Sequence record: MT446409.1
Reading direction: 5' to 3' (one strand)
Length of the DNA stretch: 53,453 bases
Source: Escherichia virus TH37
The notes below the pieces were generated by a model that was not told the origin of the DNA, did no database searches, and worked only from the letters and a program-made list of their open reading frames with translations. A program made the translations under genes and the position numbers. Of the stretch, positions 48,721 to 53,453 are shown piece by piece. Numbering within the stretch: position 1 is the first letter of the stretch; the number at the start of each line of letters is the position of its first letter.

Positions 48721-48951
48721 TTATTCAATTTCTTCCCAGGACCAGACGCTACCTTCCAAGGGAACACTCTCTCCCGCAGGCCAATATGGGGTGCCATAGT
48801 AAGTTCTGCGGTCACTGTCTTCTGTGATGTTTATGCGAGTCTGCACTCCATCCTCGTCTTTAATAGTTACAAGCTCTCCCTCAATAATATCTCCAACCTT
48901 CGGAGAATACTCAGATGAAGAAGAAGATTCTACACATTTAAATTTAGCCAT
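48721..48951 (-). CDS. Hypothetical small acidic protein (paralog A)
   Basis: 76 aa starting MAKFKCVESS. Confidence 0.35.
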   Translation of the reverse strand: MAKFKCVESSSSSEYSPKVGDIIEGELVTIKDEDGVQTRINITEDSDRRTYYGTPYWPAGESVPLEGSVWSWEEIE

Positions 48952-49178
48952 TATTGAAGTACACCTTGTTCACAAATATCTGCAAATTCTGCACGATGGT
49001 CACGCTGCCATGTCCAGAATGCACCATTCATAGGAACGACAGCACCTTTACGAAATGCTGGAGAAATGCTTTCAGCAGATTTGGTTACTTTAAATTCCAA
49101 AGGCGAAATAGCTTCACCTTCAATGATTAAGCCAACTGGAACGTAGTCTTTGTTGGAAGCAACACATTTAAATTTCAT
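48951..49178 (-). CDS. Hypothetical small protein (paralog B)
   Basis: 75 aa starting MKFKCVASN. Confidence 0.35.
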   Translation of the reverse strand: MKFKCVASNKDYVPVGLIIEGEAISPLEFKVTKSAESISPAFRKGAVVPMNGAFWTWQRDHRAEFADICEQGVLQ

Positions 49179-49180
49179 GG

Positions 49181-49363
49181 TTATCCTCTTGGTGGAATAT
49201 TTCCACTGTTATCTATAAGTTTACCGCGATAAATATTTAAACCACAATCTACACAGAATGCGTTATCCAGAACTACGGGACCATACATTCCTACAGCTTC
49301 ATGAGCCACATGGTCTACATTATTGCTGCCACACTTTGGGCAAACAACATCATCCTCATTCAT
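49181..49363 (-). CDS. Zinc-ribbon protein
   Basis: 60 aa; CPKCG ... CVDCG. Confidence 0.4.
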   Translation of the reverse strand: MNEDDVVCPKCGSNNVDHVAHEAVGMYGPVVLDNAFCVDCGLNIYRGKLIDNSGNIPPRG

Positions 49364-49616
49364 GGTATAAAACTCCTAATTCAGATTCTAATTTAAATTC
49401 ACGGAAGAAATCCATTGTTACAAATCGGACTTTACCTTCGTCATCAACTACGTTACAGGAAATGTCGGAGTGGACCATACGGCCCAACTTCAAAGCAACT
49501 CCTGACAGGTTTGCTTCGCCAGTGCCAGAAATCACTTCATAGATTTTATATGGTGTAAAGCCGCTTAAAGAGTTATTACGGCTTGGGACAATCATCATGC
49601 CTGTTTTAGTAGCCAT
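49356..49616 (-). CDS. Hypothetical protein
   Basis: Likely starts at internal MATKTG of the 103-aa ORF. Confidence 0.3.
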   Translation of the reverse strand: MATKTGMMIVPSRNNSLSGFTPYKIYEVISGTGEANLSGVALKLGRMVHSDISCNVVDDEGKVRFVTMDFFREFKLESELGVLYHE

Positions 49617-50055
49617 AATAACTCCAATATTAAAAGTACATGAATGCGCCAATAGTAAGTAGCACAAGTGGGAACATCAGAATACAGAATACTAATTTCT
49701 TTACGATATCCATTATTTCACCAGGAAGTAGAGAACAAGTGCAACACCAACACATGCAATGATTGTTGGCATATAATTATCAATTTTACGATATTTACGT
49801 TCGACTGGCTTCTTGCCTTCGATGGCATTCATCAGTTCTTGATGATTAATCTGCTGCATTAATGTGTTGAATTGCTGGTCGTTCATTTTCCACTCCGAGC
49901 AGCATCAAGCTGTTCTTCAAGAAGATTAATGTGTTGGCCCAAGAATAAGACCATTTCACGAGAAATTACAACAGATTCGATTTTCGGATTCTCTGCAATT
50001 TGCTTAACATCTTGCATGAAACTCCAAAGGCTTACAACTTCGTCTTTGAATTGGC

Positions 50056-50244
50056 TCACTTTGCCTCCAGAATTTGATTTAAAGAGCTGAACACGATTTC
50101 TTCATGTTCATCAGGTGTACATGCGTTGATGTAGTCAAAGTCATAACCAACAAACTTCTCCGCCCACTGCTGTAAACGAAGTAAAGAATTGAAGTACAAA
50201 CTTTGCTCTACACCATTTAATTTAAAGTAGACGATGAAGTCCAT
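50056..50244 (-). CDS. Hypothetical protein
   Basis: 62 aa. Confidence 0.3.
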   Translation of the reverse strand: MDFIVYFKLNGVEQSLYFNSLLRLQQWAEKFVGYDFDYINACTPDEHEEIVFSSLNQILEAK

Positions 50245-50246
50245 TG

Positions 50247-50489
50247 TTAACCCCTTACTTTCAGGAAATCTGGATGTGCGGCAGTTGCCACAACTTTGTG
50301 ATGTTTGTCATTCTGGATTGCTTGCCAAACATATTCAGGATATGCGGCATTATTCCACACCAGCTTGTTTTCGTAAATTGATGTATAAGATATTAAGTCT
50401 GCCAACATTATTGCTCTGGTTTCAGTATTAACCAAAGCATGAGAAACAACACCATCACGATTGGTATATTGATACAGTGCATAATTCAT
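50247..50489 (-). CDS. Hypothetical protein
   Basis: 80 aa. Confidence 0.3.
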   Translation of the reverse strand: MNYALYQYTNRDGVVSHALVNTETRAIMLADLISYTSIYENKLVWNNAAYPEYVWQAIQNDKHHKVVATAAHPDFLKVRG

Positions 50490-50750
50490 TTAGAATCCCT
50501 CATTATATCCAGCAGTGTTACGAAGAGTCACTTCAACATCTTCGTCATCAGGAATTAATTCGACTTCAATATTGACAACAATATTGTCACTAAAAGTACA
50601 TGCTTTACTTGAATCAAAGAACTTTACAGCATTATATTTATCTGATTCATCTACTTTAATCCACTTCACAGAACGAACAGTGAAGATTTGACCATCTTGT
50701 AGGTCTTTGAAACAAGCAGCTTTAATCACAGTATCCATTTTATTCTCCAA
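50490..50750 (-). CDS. Hypothetical acidic protein (first gene of early array)
   Basis: 86 aa. Confidence 0.35.
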   Translation of the reverse strand: MENKMDTVIKAACFKDLQDGQIFTVRSVKWIKVDESDKYNAVKFFDSSKACTFSDNIVVNIEVELIPDDEDVEVTLRNTAGYNEGF

Positions 50751-50761
50751 AGTTAAAAGAA

Positions 50762-50827
50762 AACTCCCTACAGAACGGTTGTGGAGGTCTTGTATTACCT
50801 TAATCCACCTTAAAGTTGTAGGGAGTT
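50762..50827. repeat. Perfect 11-bp inverted repeat flanking a 44-nt spacer
   Basis: AACTCCCTACA at 50762-50772 and TGTAGGGAGTT at 50817-50827. Confidence 0.6.
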
Positions 50828-51029
50828 ATATAGTATTCCTGTGTGTGCCGCCATCATGGACTTCCTAGTCTGGTGGGCGCGTTGCAATCCAGCAATAAAC
50901 CACACGTTTTTCACAGGCTATATATGTGACACATAAAGTGCCGAAAACTACAATGATTAGCTTGGAGACATAATCTCTCTAAAATCTGTCACAGAATTTC
51001 AGCAGAATTTACAGAGATTTGGTCTTATT

Positions 51030-51045
51030 CACATGCAACTAATGA
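51030..51045 (-). promoter_or_regulatory. Conserved phage promoter-like motif, copy 7
   Basis: Plus TCACATGCAACTAATG. Confidence 0.5.
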
Positions 51046-51229
51046 TAAATGGACATGCTTAATTGCAACCAATTCATCTGCCAAATAGACGAATTTAGTC
51101 ACAATCAAACATGCTCATTAATTACAGGTTTGCTCCTATCTTGGAATGTATTTGGCACATCAAGAAGTGGCGCAATAGGTACGGAAAACCGACCATGTAC
51201 AGCATAATAAAACTAATTAAATAAAGGGT

Positions 51230-51950
51230 TTTATCCCAATATTGTCACAATATTTACATGCGATGATAAAGCCTTCGCTTGGCTGGAAGCCAGTATTCAT
51301 GCGGGTTGCAAGAATATTGGGTGAATATTGATACATTTATTACATGCGAAATTGGCACAAATACTGTTACAAAATTAACATGCCAGATTGGTAGACGATT
51401 GTATCTTCGAGGTGATTAGTCCTCTAACAATTCTGCCACATTCTAACATGCCAATTTGTAGCAATATTTACATGCCATACTGTAGCAATATTGCCACAAT
51501 ATTTGTTGCTCAAAATCGGGGCGGCTTCTGCGTGAAAACGAGAGGCTTTGCTCCGACTCTTCTCTTCTTTCGAATTCTGATTGAAAGAAAGAAGCATGTC
51601 CAAAAGTTCCAATATTACAAAAGTTATCTCCCGGCTTGTGGGTGGGCCTTTATAATAGGAGATGAAGCAATATTGTCGCAATTGAACATGCTTTAGTTGA
51701 AGAACAGTTTCGAATGATAATCCTACTTCACACATGGTTGCTGGAACTTTGTCCGGCCAAAGACAGGGAGTTCAATGATTGCCACATCATTACAACGCTG
51801 TGTGTTTAGTTGACATGCTGAAATGTTTCTAGAATGATTTCAACATGACATGCGGAAGACTTCTCCGTATTCTGTTACTTCACATCCAACTAATGTCGAA
51901 TATTGAAACAATATTACATGCAGCAATATTGCTTGAATATTGGGAATTAA
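51230..51950. repeat. Dense array of short repeats (palindromic CAATATTG / GCAATATTGC and TTACATGC units) in non-coding region
   Basis: About 12 ACATGC copies and at least 10 AATATTG copies within ~900 bp. Confidence 0.6.
51881..51896 (-). promoter_or_regulatory. Conserved phage promoter-like motif, copy 8
   Basis: Plus TCACATCCAACTAATG (consensus copy). Confidence 0.5.
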
Positions 51951-52012
51951 AGGATTTAATTAATAAAGAATAAAGAAAGGGCCATCACCTTTCGATGACA
52001 GCCCTGTTTCTC

Positions 52013-53453
52013 TTATTGACAGAAGTAGTAAGCGTGTTCGCTCATCAGAAGCTCTTCAGTAACAATGTTCTCATGGTACATGTTGATGCCACCAAGTTGC
52101 TTAGACAGAGATTCAAACTGATTATTGTGAACAAAGATTTCAACATAAGCAGAACGAATTACTTCCATCATTTTAGGAGCATCAGCTAAGCAGCAACGGA
52201 AACAATCGTGAATTGAAGTAAAGCCACGAAGACCAGCTTCTTTAGCTTTGACTGCAACAGTACGAGCAACCAATGCGTCAATACCTTGAATGTAGTTAAC
52301 AACGAAGGTACGCTTGAATTCTTCTTTAGTTGGGTTGGACTCACGAATGGTCCAAGGCTTATTCTCCTGAATCTGACCAAAGATAACACGAGTTTGAGAG
52401 TCAACACGAATGCTGAATGCCTCACAGATTTCACGAGATGGGAAGCAAGGCTTCATTACAACCTGACCATCAGTGTGACGATATGTGATGTACTCTTTAC
52501 CAAGTTCAACACAACGATTGTATGCAGCATCAGCAGCTTTCTCGATGAACATGTTAATCTTAGCACCCAATGCGTTATGGATTGCTTCTACACAAAGTTC
52601 AGCAAATGCTTCTGCTTTCTCAACAGGAATCTGGAGAGATGCTGTCATGTATGCAATGAAGTCAGAAGAACCAGTTAATGCAGCTTTACCACCACCATAT
52701 TGGATAGCCATGTATGGAGTTTTGATAAACTTACGACCAGCTTTCGGATTCAAGAATTCATCCATGATTTCAGCAGATGGTTTCATTGAAGAACGGTCAA
52801 GCAACTTCAACAGTTCACGAAGAGATAACTGGTATGGGTCAGATGCTTTAGTTGATGAATCAACCAGACCTGTTGCACGAGCCATCTCCATGTTACCAGC
52901 AATGAATGCCAGATATTGAGTACCAGAACATTTAGCATCTAAGCCAAAGCCTACACGAGAATCGCATTCACCTGTAGTCTCAAACTTGAACCAATCCAGA
53001 GCCAGACGAACATAAGTGAATGGCTTAGAAGGACGTTCAGCTTTAGGCATGTTCATCATGCGAGCAAGTGAACCAGCTGGATTCTGAGCAACATAAGTTA
53101 AACGCTTAGCAGAAGTCCAGTCTCCACCGGAAATATCTTCCAGCTCTGCCATAAACATGTTGTATGCAATGGTAGTAGAACCATCTTCGTTAAACTTCTT
53201 AACGATGTTCTCAACATTGTGAGAATACAAGCAACGAGCAAAGTCAGATGATTGTGGGTTAGGACCAGCACATGCTACATGGTACAGACGACCACGGTTA
53301 TCAGCAAAGTAGTCAGAGAACAGAGTGTCCTGACCAACCATTGCTACAGCATTGTTCCAAACATGGAGTTCAGTCTGGATTGCTTCTGGCATCTGCAAGC
53401 CACCATAAGTACGTTGTTCAATCATAGACTGGATGATGCGAACCATCTCAGTC
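52013..53453 (-). CDS. T7-like single-subunit RNA polymerase, C-terminal part (N-terminus beyond the window end; matches 1-1217 across the repeat)
   Basis: DNRGRLYHV, motif A-like GLDAKCSGTQYLAF, motif B-like KTPYMAIQYGGGK, motif C IHDCFRCC collinear with T7 RNAP DWRGRVYAV / DGSCSGIQHF / MTLAYGS / IHDSFGT. Confidence 0.85.
   Translation of the reverse strand, partial: TEMVRIIQSMIEQRTYGGLQMPEAIQTELHVWNNAVAMVGQDTLFSDYFADNRGRLYHVACAGPNPQSSDFARCLYSHNVENIVKKFNEDGSTTIAYNMFMAELEDISGGDWTSAKRLTYVAQNPAGSLARMMNMPKAERPSKPFTYVRLALDWFKFETTGECDSRVGFGLDAKCSGTQYLAFIAGNMEMARATGLVDSSTKASDPYQLSLRELLKLLDRSSMKPSAEIMDEFLNPKAGRKFIKTPYMAIQYGGGKAALTGSSDFIAYMTASLQIPVEKAEAFAELCVEAIHNALGAKINMFIEKAADAAYNRCVELGKEYITYRHTDGQVVMKPCFPSREICEAFSIRVDSQTRVIFGQIQENKPWTIRESNPTKEEFKRTFVVNYIQGIDALVARTVAVKAKEAGLRGFTSIHDCFRCCLADAPKMMEVIRSAYVEIFVHNNQFESLSKQLGGINMYHENIVTEELLMSEHAYYFCQ

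Noticed and set aside
51230-51950. Possible CRISPR array suggested by the many short repeats
   Set aside because: Repeat units are 6-10 bp, irregularly spaced, partly palindromic and lack uniform repeat-spacer periodicity
1-53453. Prophage or integrative element (integrase, att sites, repressor)
   Set aside because: No integrase- or recombinase-like ORF was recognised; gene content and unidirectional layout fit a virulent phage

Overview
The window reads as an essentially complete, circularly wrapped genome of a virulent tailed phage with a repeat unit of about 52,910 bp. Positions 1-543 repeat at 52911-53453, so the single-subunit RNA polymerase gene is split across the two window ends. Every confident gene is on the minus strand in a T7-like temporal order (RNAP, small early genes, DNA metabolism, then structure and lysis), but the virion module is myovirus-like (sheath, tube, tape measure, baseplate, tail fibers). 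From memory this resembles phiEcoM-GJ1-type (Chaseviridae-like) coliphages; that is an inference and needs a database search. Nothing here was computed: all calls come from reading the six-frame translations and the DNA. The most unusual observations are a lambda-Exo/YqaJ-type nuclease domain inside the tape-measure-like protein, two programmed -1 frameshift sites, a 16-bp promoter-like motif in 8 co-oriented intergenic copies, an orphan host-like nrdB plus a mini-ORF matching the NrdA C-terminal tail, a small early protein carrying the exact bacterial SSB C-terminal tip, an early macrodomain protein, a ThyX homolog with an altered RHR motif, an atypical tRNA-like element, and large repeat-rich non-coding islands.
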